Assembly: GCA_964495555.1 (NCBI GenBank) | Contig: CAZBWA010000002.1 | Coordinates: 11,516-75,515, forward strand | Length of the DNA: 64,000 nt | Direction of reading: 5' to 3' | Source of the DNA: an uncultured Bifidobacteriaceae bacterium | GTDB lineage: Bacteria; Actinomycetota; Actinomycetes; S36-B12 | Shown: positions 9,714-18,955 of the stretch, piece by piece | How the letters are laid out: each line of letters starts with the position of its first letter | Numbering within the stretch: the first letter of the stretch is position 1 | Translations under genes and position numbers: made by a program | Notes under the pieces: model-generated | The model's database searches: none | Told to the model about the DNA's origin: nothing | What the model saw: the letters and a program-made list of their open reading frames with translations, nothing else

Positions 9714-10817
9714 GTGGCCGCTCCGCAGAACTATCTGGCAGTCATCAAGGTCGTCGGTATCGGCGGCGGTGGTGTGAACGCCGTGAATCGCATGATCGAG
9801 GTCGGATTGAAGGGCGTGGAGTTCATCGCCATCAACACCGACGCCCAGGCGTTGCTCATGAGCGACGCGGACGTCAAGCTCGACATCGGGCGCGAACTCA
9901 CGCGCGGACTCGGTGCTGGTGCGAACCCCGAGGTGGGTCGCAAGGCAGCGGAGGATCATCTCGAGGAGATCGAGGAGGTGCTGCGCGGCGCCGACATGGT
10001 CTTCGTGACCGCGGGCGAGGGCGGTGGCACCGGCACCGGTGGCGCGCCGATCGTGGCACGGGTCGCACGCTCCCTCGGTGCGCTGACCATCGGTGTGGTG
10101 ACGCGGCCATTCGGGTTCGAGGGTCGTCGTCGCGCGAGTCAGGCCGACAACGGCGTGGAGGATCTGCGGGCCGAGGTCGACACCCTCATCGTCATCCCGA
10201 ACGATCGACTCCTCTCCCTGGCCGACCGCGAGATCAGCGTCGTGGACGCCTTCCGTCAGGCCGACCATGTCCTCCTGCAGGGCGTATCCGGCATCACCGA
10301 CCTCATCACCACCCCCGGTCTCATCAACCTGGACTTCGCGGACGTCAAGAGCGTCATGCACGGTGCCGGCTCGGCGCTCATGGGCATCGGCTCGTCGCGT
10401 GGCGAGGACCGAGCGGTCCAGGCCGCGGAGAAGGCCATCTCGAGCCCGCTCCTCGAGGCGGGGATCGACGGCGCGCACGGCGTGCTGCTGTCGGTGTCGG
10501 GTGGCAGCGACCTCGGTCTGTTCGAGATCAACGAGGCGGCTCGCCTCGTCAGTGATGCCGCGCATCCGGATGCCAACATCATCTTCGGCGCCGTCATCGA
10601 CGACACGCTCGGCGACGAAGTGCGCGTGACGGTGATCGCAGCCGGCTTCGATGGCGGTGAGCCCCCGGCGCGTAAGGCGCAGGCTCGACGCGTCGACGTC
10701 GAAGGTACCGGTGAGATCCCGGTCGTGGGCACCACGACGGGTCCCATCACCAAGCCGCGCACGCTCGTCTTCGACAGCACCGACGACGACCTCGATGTCC
10801 CGGACTTCCTGAAGTAG
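9714..10817 (+). CDS. ftsZ: cell division GTPase FtsZ
   Basis: GTG at 9714 preceded by an RBS. Tubulin signature [11 protein letters not shown]-terminus [26 protein letters not shown], and C-terminal peptide [11 protein letters not shown] are present. Confidence 0.97.
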   Translation: MAAPQNYLAVIKVVGIGGGGVNAVNRMIEVGLKGVEFIAINTDAQALLMSDADVKLDIGRELTRGLGAGANPEVGRKAAEDHLEEIEEVLRGADMVFVTAGEGGGTGTGGAPIVARVARSLGALTIGVVTRPFGFEGRRRASQADNGVEDLRAEVDTLIVIPNDRLLSLADREISVVDAFRQADHVLLQGVSGITDLITTPGLINLDFADVKSVMHGAGSALMGIGSSRGEDRAVQAAEKAISSPLLEAGIDGAHGVLLSVSGGSDLGLFEINEAARLVSDAAHPDANIIFGAVIDDTLGDEVRVTVIAAGFDGGEPPARKAQARRVDVEGTGEIPVVGTTTGPITKPRTLVFDSTDDDLDVPDFLK

Positions 10818-10827
10818 CGCCTCGCGC

Positions 10828-11565
10828 GTGAGCCTTCCCCTTGCCAGCGGGTCCATCCCTCCGCTGGCACCTGGTGACCGTCCAGTGAACTGGGCGGTCA
10901 CCGGTCGTTTCGGCGGTCGGAGCGCCGGTCCCTACGCCGACCTCAATCTGGCCGAGCACGTCGGTGATGACGTCGATGCGGTCCTCCACAACCGCGCGAT
11001 GGTCGCGCGCTGGGCGGGGGTCTCGCAGGCGGCGTTCGTCCGGGCCGTCCATGGCGCGGGGGTTGCCTGGGTGGGACATGGCGACGTGGTCCCCGAGGCC
11101 GATGCACTCCTCACCACGGAGGTCGGGCTGCCACTCGTCGCCCTGGGCGCGGATTGCGCCCTCATCGGGGTTGCGGCTCCCGGAGTCGTGGGTGTCGTGC
11201 ACTGCGGGTGGCGAGGACTCGTCGCGGGAGTCATTCCCGCCGCCATCGGCGCAGTACGGGCGTATTCCGACGGCCCAGTCCTGGCCATCGTCGGTCCGTC
11301 GATCTGCGCGCGCTGCTACCCGGTCGGGAAAGAGTGCGTGACCGAGGTCCGCCGCGCCTGCCCGGAGGCCGTCCCCGATCCGACGCACGTCGACCTCCAT
11401 GCAGGGGTACGCGCCCAACTCGCACGTGAGAATGTGCGCATCGAGGACCGGAGTTCCTGCACGTTCGAGTCCACCTCACTCTTCTCGCATCGACGTGATG
11501 CCCCCACGGGTCGCCATGGGCTGATGATGTGGCGCGCCGGTGATGTGGCGAGGATGGCTCCATGA
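10828..11565 (+). CDS. pgeF: YfiH/PgeF-family laccase-domain protein (peptidoglycan editing factor / purine nucleoside phosphorylase family)
   Basis: 245-aa ORF with the conserved HCGWRG motif (VVHCGWRGL). It occupies the conserved position after ftsZ. Confidence 0.8.
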   Translation: MSLPLASGSIPPLAPGDRPVNWAVTGRFGGRSAGPYADLNLAEHVGDDVDAVLHNRAMVARWAGVSQAAFVRAVHGAGVAWVGHGDVVPEADALLTTEVGLPLVALGADCALIGVAAPGVVGVVHCGWRGLVAGVIPAAIGAVRAYSDGPVLAIVGPSICARCYPVGKECVTEVRRACPEAVPDPTHVDLHAGVRAQLARENVRIEDRSSCTFESTSLFSHRRDAPTGRHGLMMWRAGDVARMAP

Positions 11566-12257
11566 CGCGTGTCCAGGAAATCCAGGAGGGCCTCGATGAG
11601 GTTCGCGCGCGCATCACGCGAGCCTGCGACGCGGCCGGGCGCCCCGACGACGTCACCCTGATCGTGGTGACCAAGACCTTCCCAGCCTCCGACGTGCGAA
11701 TCCTCGGCGAACTCGGAGTGACCGACGTGGGTGAGAACCGTCATCAGGAGGCCTCAGCCAAGGCACTCGAGTGCGCGGACCTGGAGTTGACCTGGCACAT
11801 GATCGGTCAACTCCAGCGCAACAAGGCCGCGGCGGTGCGGACCTGGGCCGATGTCATCCAGACGATCGATCGTGGCGAGCTCGCCGATGCGGTGGGGCGC
11901 GCAGCACGCAACGCCGGATTAGTGCAGGACGTCCTCCTGCAGGTGAGTCTCGACGTCCCGGTTCGCGACGATCGCGGCGGCTGTGCTCCAGTGGACGTCG
12001 ACGGACTGTGCGGCCGCATCGCGGCGGACCCGGGCCTGCGCCTGCGGGGCGTGATGGCCGTGGCCCCCTATCCGGGCGACCCCCAGGAGGCCTTTGCGCG
12101 CCTGGCGGAGGTCACTCAGCGCGTGCAGGCCCTCGTCCCCGCGGCGACGATGGTCTCGGCGGGCATGAGCGATGACCTGGAGGCGGCCATCGCCCATGGC
12201 GCGACACATGTCCGCGTGGGGAGCGCGGTGCTGGGAAGACGTCCTGCGCTGCAGTAG
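11562..12257 (+). CDS. yggS: YggS-family pyridoxal-phosphate homeostasis protein
   Basis: 231-aa ORF with a PLP-lysine context (LIVVTKTFP). ATGA overlap with pgeF and the conserved ylmE position in dcw clusters. Confidence 0.85.
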   Translation: MTRVQEIQEGLDEVRARITRACDAAGRPDDVTLIVVTKTFPASDVRILGELGVTDVGENRHQEASAKALECADLELTWHMIGQLQRNKAAAVRTWADVIQTIDRGELADAVGRAARNAGLVQDVLLQVSLDVPVRDDRGGCAPVDVDGLCGRIAADPGLRLRGVMAVAPYPGDPQEAFARLAEVTQRVQALVPAATMVSAGMSDDLEAAIAHGATHVRVGSAVLGRRPALQ

Positions 12258-12295
12258 CGTCTCAATGAGGAAATAGCGGATTCCGGAGGGGCAAC

Positions 12296-12823
12296 GTGGC
12301 AGGCGCATTGCGCAAGATGGCCGTCTACCTGGGCCTCGTGGAGGATGACGGCTACGAGGAGATCGACGAGTTCGAGGTCGAGGAGCGCGACACGCGCTCG
12401 CGCGGAAGCCGGCGCGGCTTCGCCCCCCAGTACGTCGACGAGTCCTCCGGCTACGGATCCTCGACCGTCCGCCCCATCCACGAACCTCGGTCGGTCCGCA
12501 CCCTGCGCGGGCAGGAGCCGCCCGAGCGCAGGCCCGCCCTCGACTTCTCCCGCATCGAGACCGTGCATCCCCGCTCGTACAACGACGCCCGTCGCATCGG
12601 AGAGGACTTCCGCGACGGCGTCCCGGTCATCATGAACCTCGGGGAGATGGACGATGCCGACGCCAAGCGCATCATCGACTTCGCCGCGGGGTTGGTGTTC
12701 GGTCTACGAGGCTCCATCGAGCGGATCACGAACAAGGTGTTCCTCCTGTCACCGGCGAATGTCGATGTCGGTGATCAGGCGCGTGCTCAGGTCCAGGAGG
12801 ACGGCTTCTTCAATCAGAGCTGA
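12296..12823 (+). CDS. sepF: cell division protein SepF
   Basis: N-terminus [18 protein letters not shown] (membrane-binding helix) and a C-terminal SepF core ([24 protein letters not shown]). RBS ggagggg upstream. Confidence 0.9.
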   Translation: MAGALRKMAVYLGLVEDDGYEEIDEFEVEERDTRSRGSRRGFAPQYVDESSGYGSSTVRPIHEPRSVRTLRGQEPPERRPALDFSRIETVHPRSYNDARRIGEDFRDGVPVIMNLGEMDDADAKRIIDFAAGLVFGLRGSIERITNKVFLLSPANVDVGDQARAQVQEDGFFNQS

Positions 12824-12851
12824 TGCTGCGGATGATTGAGGAGGTGACGGT

Positions 12852-13136
12852 ATGAGCGCCATTGGTCAGATTCTCGCCACGATCCTGTGGCTCTACTGGC
12901 TCGTGCTCATCGGGCGGCTGATCTTCGACTTCATCGGGATCTTCGCCCGCGGGTGGCAGCCACGGGGACCCCTCCTCGTCATCGCCGAGGCCATCTTCAC
13001 CATCACCGACCCGCCGATCCGGGCGATCCGGAGATTCGTGCCACCGATCCGGCTGGGGAGCGTGAGTTTCGACCTCGCATTCCTCATCCTCATCATCGGC
13101 GTGCAGTTGCTCATCAACCTCGCCCTCATGCTCTAG
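12852..13136 (+). CDS. YggT-family membrane protein
   Basis: 94-aa two-TM ORF with RBS gaggagg. It sits in the conserved position after sepF. Confidence 0.8.
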   Translation: MSAIGQILATILWLYWLVLIGRLIFDFIGIFARGWQPRGPLLVIAEAIFTITDPPIRAIRRFVPPIRLGSVSFDLAFLILIIGVQLLINLALML

Positions 13137-13150
13137 AAGGGATCGGCGCC

Positions 13151-13486
13151 ATGACTCTCACTCCGGAGGATGTGCAGGCGGTTCGCTTCCGCACGTCGCG
13201 CATGCGCGCCGGCTACCGAATGGCCGACGTGGATGCGTTCCTCGACCAGGTGGCCGCCACGATCGAGGAACTGGCTAAGCAGGTGAAGCGCACCTCGGAC
13301 TCCGAGGCAGTGTGGCGGGCGCAGGCCGAGCAGCTGCAGATCCGCTTGGCCGCACGCGATGCGGAGGTCGTCGCACGTGGTCACGACACGATCCCCATCC
13401 CGCGGGACGGACTCGCCGACGTGACGGCAGCGCGTGAGCGTCTGCGCATGATCCTCGTCGAGCAGTTGCGCTTGCTCGACGAGTGA
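13151..13486 (+). CDS. DivIVA-domain protein (short, 111 aa)
   Basis: ATG at 13151 with RBS gaaggga. The N-terminus MTLTPEDVQAVRFRTSRMRAGYRMADVDAFLDQV matches the DivIVA lipid-binding domain, followed by a short coiled coil. It occupies the wag31/divIVA position in the dcw cluster. Confidence 0.75.
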   Translation: MTLTPEDVQAVRFRTSRMRAGYRMADVDAFLDQVAATIEELAKQVKRTSDSEAVWRAQAEQLQIRLAARDAEVVARGHDTIPIPRDGLADVTAARERLRMILVEQLRLLDE

Positions 13487-13491
13487 GTCGG

Positions 13492-16400
13492 TCAGTGACG
13501 CAGCAGGAAGAGTCGGATCGGCAGATCCGATTCGATCGGATGGGCTGAGTCGGGCGCAGTCTGGGTCGCGACGGACTCGGCAAGGACCTCCGCAGCGATC
13601 TCGTCCCCGTGACCGGCCCAGGCGCGACGGATCGCGTCGTCGTCGGACTCCCACCACAGGTCGATCCGGTCGGTAATCTCCAGGCCTGCGGTCTTGCGAC
13701 CCTCCTGGATGACGCGCACGAGGTCGCGGGCGAGGCCCGCCTGACGCAACTCCTCCGAGATCGCCAGATCCAGGGCGACACTCTCCCCGGCATCGGACGC
13801 GACGGACCACCCCTCCCGGGGGGATTCGGTGACGACGACGTCCTCGGACGTGATCGCGACCTCGCCCATGTCGGGCACCGTCAACGTCGTCGTCCCGCCA
13901 TCACGCAGCGTACGAACGAGACCGTGGGGATCGGCATCGGTGATCGCCCGGGCCACCGACGGGGTGGTGGCCCCGAAACGCTGACCGAGGGAACGGAAGT
14001 TCGCCTTCACCGAGACGTCCACCAGGTCCCCGGAGTCATCGAGGGAGTCCACGGCGAGGACGTTGAGTTCGGAGGCAACCTCGGCGCGGAGTTCCGGGGA
14101 CAGTGCCGCCCAGTCCGGGGAGGAGACGAGGGCCCGAGCCAGGGGCTGCCGGGTCTTGACCCCGCTCTCCGCGCGGGCGGCCCGACCCAGCTCGACGATC
14201 CTGCGCACCGTCTGCATCTGCGCCGACAGATCCGGGTCGAGGCGCTCATCGCGACGCGCGGGCCACGCGGCGAGGTGCACGGACGCGGGAGCGTCGGACT
14301 CCGTGGGTCGGAAGAGGTCCTGCCACACCCGCTCGGTGATGAAGGGCGTGTAGGGCGCCATGCACAGGGTGATCGTGCGGAGGGCTTCGTGGAGGGTGGC
14401 GAGGGCCGCGGGATCCCCGTCCCAGAAGCGACGACGGCTGCGACGTACGTACCAGTTGGACAGGTCGTCAACGAAAGCCGCGAGGAGGCGACCGCCGCGT
14501 GCGGTGTCGAAGTTCTCCAGAGCGGCATCGACCTCGCGCCCGACCCGCTCGGCCTCGGCAAGCACCCACCGATCCATCACGGTGCGCTGCGCCTCGTGCG
14601 CGTCGCCGGGCTGCCACTCGGCCGCGCGCGCATACAGCGAGAGGAAAGACACCGTGTTCCAGTACGTGAGCAACGTCTTGCGCACGACGTCCGCGATCGC
14701 CGCATGTCCCACGCGCCGCGCCTGCCAAGGTGAGCCGCTGGCCAGCATGAACCAGCGGACCGCATCGGCACCGTGTTCGTCCATCAATCCGATGGGCTCC
14801 AGGACATTGCCCAGGTGCTTGCTCATCTTGCGGCCGTCTTCGTCGAGGATGTGACCGAGGCAGACGACGTTCTCGTACGACGAGCGACCGAACACGAGGG
14901 TCCCGATGGCCATGAGCGTGTAGAACCAACCGCGGGTCTGGTCGATCGCCTCGCAGATGAAGTCGGCCGGGTACTGCGCCTCGAAGTCCTCGTCCGTCCG
15001 GTGTGGATAGCCCACGGCCGCGAACGGCATCGATCCGGAGTCGTACCAGCAGTCAATGACCTCGGGGACGCGGCGCGCCTCGAGGGCGCACTGCGGGCAC
15101 GGGAACGTGACCTCGTCCACGAAGGGGCGATGTGGATCGAGGTCGGTGAGATCACGCCCGGCGAGTGCTCCGAGTTCCGCACGCGAGGGGACGGCGGTGA
15201 GGTGCCCGTCGGGGCACCGCCAGATGGGGAGCGGGGTGCCCCAGTAGCGGTTGCGGGAAAGGGCCCAATCGACGTTGTTGTTCAGCCAATCGCCGTAGCG
15301 GCCGTTCTTGATGGTGTCGGGGTACCAGTGCGTCTTCGCGTTCTGGTCCAGCAGCGCATCCTTGATCTGCGTCGTCTTGATGTACCAGGACGGCTGGGCG
15401 TAGTACATGAGAGGCGTGTGACAGCGCCAGCAGTGCGGATAGCTGTGCTCGTAGGGCTCCTGGCGCCAGAGCAGATCGCGCGTATCGAGGGATTCGACGA
15501 GGTGTCCGTCCGCCTTCTTGAAGAACTCGCCACCCACCATCCCCACCTCGGGACGGAAATGCCCGTCGGGGGAGATCGGGTTGACGACGGGCAAGCCGTA
15601 CGCACGGCAGGTCGCGAGATCGTCGGCGCCGAAAGCCGGTGCCTGGTGGACGAGCCCGGTTCCATCGTCGGTGGTGACGTAGTCGGCGAGGACCACGAAG
15701 TGCGCATCGGGGATGTCCACCATGTCGAACGGCCTGCGATAGGTAAGGCGCTCGAGGTCGCGCCCGGGGATGGTGGCGACCACGTCGGCGTCTGCACCGA
15801 TGGCGCTTCCCACGAGCGCCTCGGCGACCACGAGGTGTTCCCCATCCACACGCACGACGGAATAGGTGGCGTCCGGTTTCGCGGCGACCGCCGTGTTGGA
15901 GACGAGAGTCCAGGGGGTTGTGGTCCACACCAGGAGGGACAGATCGGGGTAGCGGTCTGTCCATTCGGGTGAGGTGACCGGGAACTTCACGTAGACGGAT
16001 GGATCGACCACGGTCTCGTATCCCTGGGCGAGCTCGTGATCGGACAGTCCGGTCCCGCACCGCGGGCAGTACGGCGCCACGCGGTGGTCTTGGACGAGGA
16101 GCCCGGCCGAGAAGATCTCACTCAGGGACCACCACACGCTGTCGATGTAGGCGGGGTCCATGGTCCAGTAGGCGCGATCCATGTCGACCCAGTAGCCCAT
16201 GCGTCGGGTCATCTGCGAGAACTCGTCGACGTGCCGCAGGACGGACTCGCGGCACCGCGCGTTGAACTCCTCGACGCCGTAGGCCTCGATGTCGCCCTTA
16301 CCGGTGAACCCGAGCTCCTTCTCCACGGCGAGCTCCACGGGCAGGCCGTGGCAGTCCCACCCCGCGCGCCGAGGCACGTGGAACCCCTTCATCGTGCGGT

Positions 16401-16611
16401 AGCGGGGGAAGACGTCCTTGAAGGCGCGGGCCTCCACGTGGTGCGTCCCCGGGGTGCCGTTGGCGGTGGGCGGTCCCTCGTAGAACGTCCACAGCGGGCG
16501 CCCCGCGGTCTGCTCGACGGACGCGGCGAAGGTGCCCTCGCGGTCCCACATCTCGAGGATCTCCCGCTCCATGGCCGGCAGGTCAACCTGCGCGGGCACG
16601 GACTTGTACAT
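13492..16611 (-). CDS. ileS: isoleucine--tRNA ligase
   Basis: Minus-strand ORF. Start ATG at 16611 (MYKSVPAQVDLPAMEREILEMW) with RBS GGAGGA 4 nt upstream. The HIGH-region equivalent (PPTANGTPGTHH) and KMSKH (GRKMSKHLGN) are present. The ORF-track version (to 17436) is an artefactual upstream extension. Confidence 0.95.
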   Translation of the reverse strand: MYKSVPAQVDLPAMEREILEMWDREGTFAASVEQTAGRPLWTFYEGPPTANGTPGTHHVEARAFKDVFPRYRTMKGFHVPRRAGWDCHGLPVELAVEKELGFTGKGDIEAYGVEEFNARCRESVLRHVDEFSQMTRRMGYWVDMDRAYWTMDPAYIDSVWWSLSEIFSAGLLVQDHRVAPYCPRCGTGLSDHELAQGYETVVDPSVYVKFPVTSPEWTDRYPDLSLLVWTTTPWTLVSNTAVAAKPDATYSVVRVDGEHLVVAEALVGSAIGADADVVATIPGRDLERLTYRRPFDMVDIPDAHFVVLADYVTTDDGTGLVHQAPAFGADDLATCRAYGLPVVNPISPDGHFRPEVGMVGGEFFKKADGHLVESLDTRDLLWRQEPYEHSYPHCWRCHTPLMYYAQPSWYIKTTQIKDALLDQNAKTHWYPDTIKNGRYGDWLNNNVDWALSRNRYWGTPLPIWRCPDGHLTAVPSRAELGALAGRDLTDLDPHRPFVDEVTFPCPQCALEARRVPEVIDCWYDSGSMPFAAVGYPHRTDEDFEAQYPADFICEAIDQTRGWFYTLMAIGTLVFGRSSYENVVCLGHILDEDGRKMSKHLGNVLEPIGLMDEHGADAVRWFMLASGSPWQARRVGHAAIADVVRKTLLTYWNTVSFLSLYARAAEWQPGDAHEAQRTVMDRWVLAEAERVGREVDAALENFDTARGGRLLAAFVDDLSNWYVRRSRRRFWDGDPAALATLHEALRTITLCMAPYTPFITERVWQDLFRPTESDAPASVHLAAWPARRDERLDPDLSAQMQTVRRIVELGRAARAESGVKTRQPLARALVSSPDWAALSPELRAEVASELNVLAVDSLDDSGDLVDVSVKANFRSLGQRFGATTPSVARAITDADPHGLVRTLRDGGTTTLTVPDMGEVAITSEDVVVTESPREGWSVASDAGESVALDLAISEELRQAGLARDLVRVIQEGRKTAGLEITDRIDLWWESDDDAIRRAWAGHGDEIAAEVLAESVATQTAPDSAHPIESDLPIRLFLLRH

Positions 16612-16740
16612 CTCATCCTCCGGAGGGTGGGCGGTGCTGCAGGATATCCGTGGGTTCCCCGATCTCGGCGGGGGAAGTGCGCGGGGTGGCGTTGGGCGTC
16701 TACCATCGCGCGGACCACGCACCGGGTAGAGGGGGGCTCC
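16612..16740. promoter_or_regulatory. divergent promoter / leader region between ileS (-) and the DksA-like gene (+)
   Basis: 129-bp gap between divergently oriented start codons, so both promoters and the ileS 5' leader must lie here or overlap the neighbouring ORF. A weak T-box-like element is discussed under findings. Confidence 0.4.
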
Positions 16741-17415
16741 ATGCCATCGGCGAAGAAGGCCGCGCCCGCCAAGAAGGCCGCCCCCGTGAAGAAGGCCGCC
16801 CCCGCCAAGAAGGCCGCCCCCGTGAAGAAGGCCGCCCCCGCCAAGAAGGCCGCGCCCGTGAAGAAGGCTGCCCCCGCCAAGAAGGCCGCGCCCGCGAAGA
16901 AGGCCGCGCCCGTGAAGAAGGCCGCGCCCGTGAAGAAGGCTGCCCCCGCGAAGAAGGCCGCGCCCGTGAAGAAGGCTGCCCCCGCGAAGAAGCTCGCGGT
17001 CGCGAAGATCACCCCCAAGAAGAAGCGTCCTGTCGTCCGCGAGGACGAGAGCCCGTGGAGTAAGGAGGAATTGGCCACGGTGCGCGGCGCCCTGCAGTCC
17101 GAGCGGCTGCGTCTGCTCGAAGAAATCGACAGCGCCGAGGCGGGTCTGGCCGACCTCATCCGCGATTCGGGCGAGGGTGCGGGTGATGACCAGGCCGACG
17201 CGGGAAGCAAGACGTTCGAACGAGAGCACGAGATGTCCTTGGCCAACAATGCGCGCGACATGCTGCTGCAGGTCGACCACGCACTCGCGCGGCTGGCCGA
17301 TGGCTCCTACGGGGTCTGCGAGGGGTGCGGGCGAGCCGTCGGCAAGTACCGCCTGCAGGCGTTCCCACGCGCCACCTTGTGCTTGAGCTGCAAGGAGGCC
17401 GAGGAGCGCTTCTAG
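16741..17415 (+). CDS. TraR/DksA-family C4 zinc-finger protein with N-terminal histone-H1-like AKKAAP repeat domain (DdbA-like architecture)
   Basis: ATG at 16741 with RBS gagggggg. Thirteen tandem [AV]KKAAP units are followed by a DksA-like coiled coil and CEGCG-N17-CLSC zinc finger (GVCEGCGRAVGKYRLQAFPRATLCLSC). Confidence 0.85.
   Translation: MPSAKKAAPAKKAAPVKKAAPAKKAAPVKKAAPAKKAAPVKKAAPAKKAAPAKKAAPVKKAAPVKKAAPAKKAAPVKKAAPAKKLAVAKITPKKKRPVVREDESPWSKEELATVRGALQSERLRLLEEIDSAEAGLADLIRDSGEGAGDDQADAGSKTFEREHEMSLANNARDMLLQVDHALARLADGSYGVCEGCGRAVGKYRLQAFPRATLCLSCKEAEERF
16750..17001 (+). repeat. in-frame 18-bp tandem repeat (13 full units plus one degenerate), organised partly as 36-bp higher-order units
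   Basis: Direct reading: gccaagaaggccgcccccgtgaagaaggccgccccc recurs almost perfectly, each 18 bp encoding [AV]KKAAP. Confidence 0.9.
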
Positions 17416-17452
17416 CGCCAGGCCCCGACGACTCAACGCGTAGAGTCGAGGT

Positions 17453-17986
17453 GTGAGTGACGTCGGCGTGGAGGTCCAGGCTCCGGTCCGGCGGACCTAC
17501 TGGATCGTGTTCGTCGTCGCCCTCGGTGTGGTGATCCTGGATCAACTGACCAAGTTCTGGGCGCAGCAGGTCCTGCTCCCGCGCATCCTCGCCGGCGAGG
17601 GCCCCATCGAAGTCCTCGGCTCGGTGCTGCGTTTCACCTACGCGGAGAACACCGGCGCGGCCTTCAGTCTGGGGACCGGATACACGTGGGTGTTCACCAT
17701 CATCGCCCTGGTCGTCGTCGTGGTGGTGATCCGCATGTCCCGGCGGCTCGGGAGCGTCGCGTGGGCCCTGGCCATGGGAGGTCTCCTCGGCGGCGCCATG
17801 GGCAACCTGATCGACCGGCTGTTCCGCGCGCCGGGTGTGGGTCGTGGCTTCGTCGTCGACTTCATCCAGGTGCCGTACTGGCCGATCTTCAACATCGCCG
17901 ACTCCTTCGTCGTGTGCTCGGCGATCGCCATGGTGATCCTGTCGTGGCGTGGCGTTCCGCTCGGGGGAGCGTCATCGCGTGCCTGA
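17453..17986 (+). CDS. lspA: lipoprotein signal peptidase (signal peptidase II)
   Basis: 177-aa four-TM ORF with LspA motifs ([17 protein letters not shown]). Confidence 0.9.
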   Translation: MSDVGVEVQAPVRRTYWIVFVVALGVVILDQLTKFWAQQVLLPRILAGEGPIEVLGSVLRFTYAENTGAAFSLGTGYTWVFTIIALVVVVVVIRMSRRLGSVAWALAMGGLLGGAMGNLIDRLFRAPGVGRGFVVDFIQVPYWPIFNIADSFVVCSAIAMVILSWRGVPLGGASSRA

Positions 17987-18908
17987 ACGCGAGTTGCCGA
18001 TCCCCGAGGGATTGGCCGGCGAACGCGTCGACGTGGCCCTGACCCGGATGCTGGGGCTGTCCCGGTCGAAGGCGGCGTCCCTCGTCGAGGCCGGAATGGT
18101 CACCATCGACGGGCGCTCCGCGCAGAAGGCCGATCGACTCCCTCCGACGGGGATCATCGGCGTGGACACCGCCGAGGTGGATGCCCGTCCCGCGGAACCG
18201 ATCGCGACGGTCCCCGTGATCTACGCGGACGACGACATCGTCGTCGTGGACAAGCCGGTCGGAGTGGCAGCACATCCGAGTCCGGGATGGACGGGTCCGA
18301 CCGTGGTGGGCAGCCTCGCGGCCGCCGGCTACGGGGTGAGCACCCTGGGCGCCGCCGAGCGGCAGGGGGTGGTGCACCGACTGGACGTCGGAACCAGCGG
18401 GCTGATGGTGGTGGCGAAGAGTGCGCGTGCGTACACCGACCTCAAGCGCCAATTCCGGGATCGGCTCGTCGACAAGGAGTATCACGCGGTGGTGCAGGGC
18501 CACCTGGACCCGCTCGCCGGCACGATCGACGCCCCCATCGGCCGTCATCCGCACGCCGACCACCGGTTCGCCGTGGTCAGTGAGGGGCGGCCGAGCGTCA
18601 CTCATTACGCGACCCTCGAGGCGTTCCCACACGCCAGCCTGGTCGACGTCCACCTCGAGACGGGTCGCACGCACCAGATTCGCGTGCATATGTCCGCCAT
18701 GCGCCACCCCTGCGTCGGAGACCTCACCTACGGTGCGGATCCGACACTCGCGAGGCGTCTGGGACTGGGGAGACAGTGGTTGCACGCCACGCGATTGGCC
18801 TTCGAACACCCCGGCACGGGTGAGCGCGTGGAGTTCCGCAGCCCGTACCCGGACGACCTCGCGTTGGCGCTGGAGCGTCTCCGAGGCGGGGCTCCCGACG
18901 CGACATAG
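17979..18908 (+). CDS. rluD: RluA-family 23S rRNA pseudouridine synthase (RluD-like)
   Basis: S4-like N-terminus ([25 protein letters not shown]) and catalytic motif [15 protein letters not shown]. Start ambiguous: the GTG at 17979 overlaps the lspA stop, and an in-frame alternative exists at 17949. Confidence 0.85.
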   Translation: MPERELPIPEGLAGERVDVALTRMLGLSRSKAASLVEAGMVTIDGRSAQKADRLPPTGIIGVDTAEVDARPAEPIATVPVIYADDDIVVVDKPVGVAAHPSPGWTGPTVVGSLAAAGYGVSTLGAAERQGVVHRLDVGTSGLMVVAKSARAYTDLKRQFRDRLVDKEYHAVVQGHLDPLAGTIDAPIGRHPHADHRFAVVSEGRPSVTHYATLEAFPHASLVDVHLETGRTHQIRVHMSAMRHPCVGDLTYGADPTLARRLGLGRQWLHATRLAFEHPGTGERVEFRSPYPDDLALALERLRGGAPDAT

Positions 18909-18955
18909 GGTTGGCCAATGTCCCTGATGCCCGGTAGTGCGCACGGGGGCACGGC

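Noticed and set aside
16750-17001. Regular short direct repeats that could superficially suggest a CRISPR-like array
   Set aside because: The units are 18 bp, contiguous with no spacers, in frame, and encode [AV]KKAAP inside a protein with a clear start and a zinc-finger C-terminus. It is a coding tandem repeat.
16612-17436. N-terminal 275-aa extension of the ileS ORF in the track (13492..17436), rich in GLLRG/GGLLHG repeats
   Set aside because: It is simply the antisense reading of the AKKAAP repeat and the DksA-like gene with no stop codon. IleRS homology begins at MYKSVPAQVDLP (ATG at 16611), which has a good SD.
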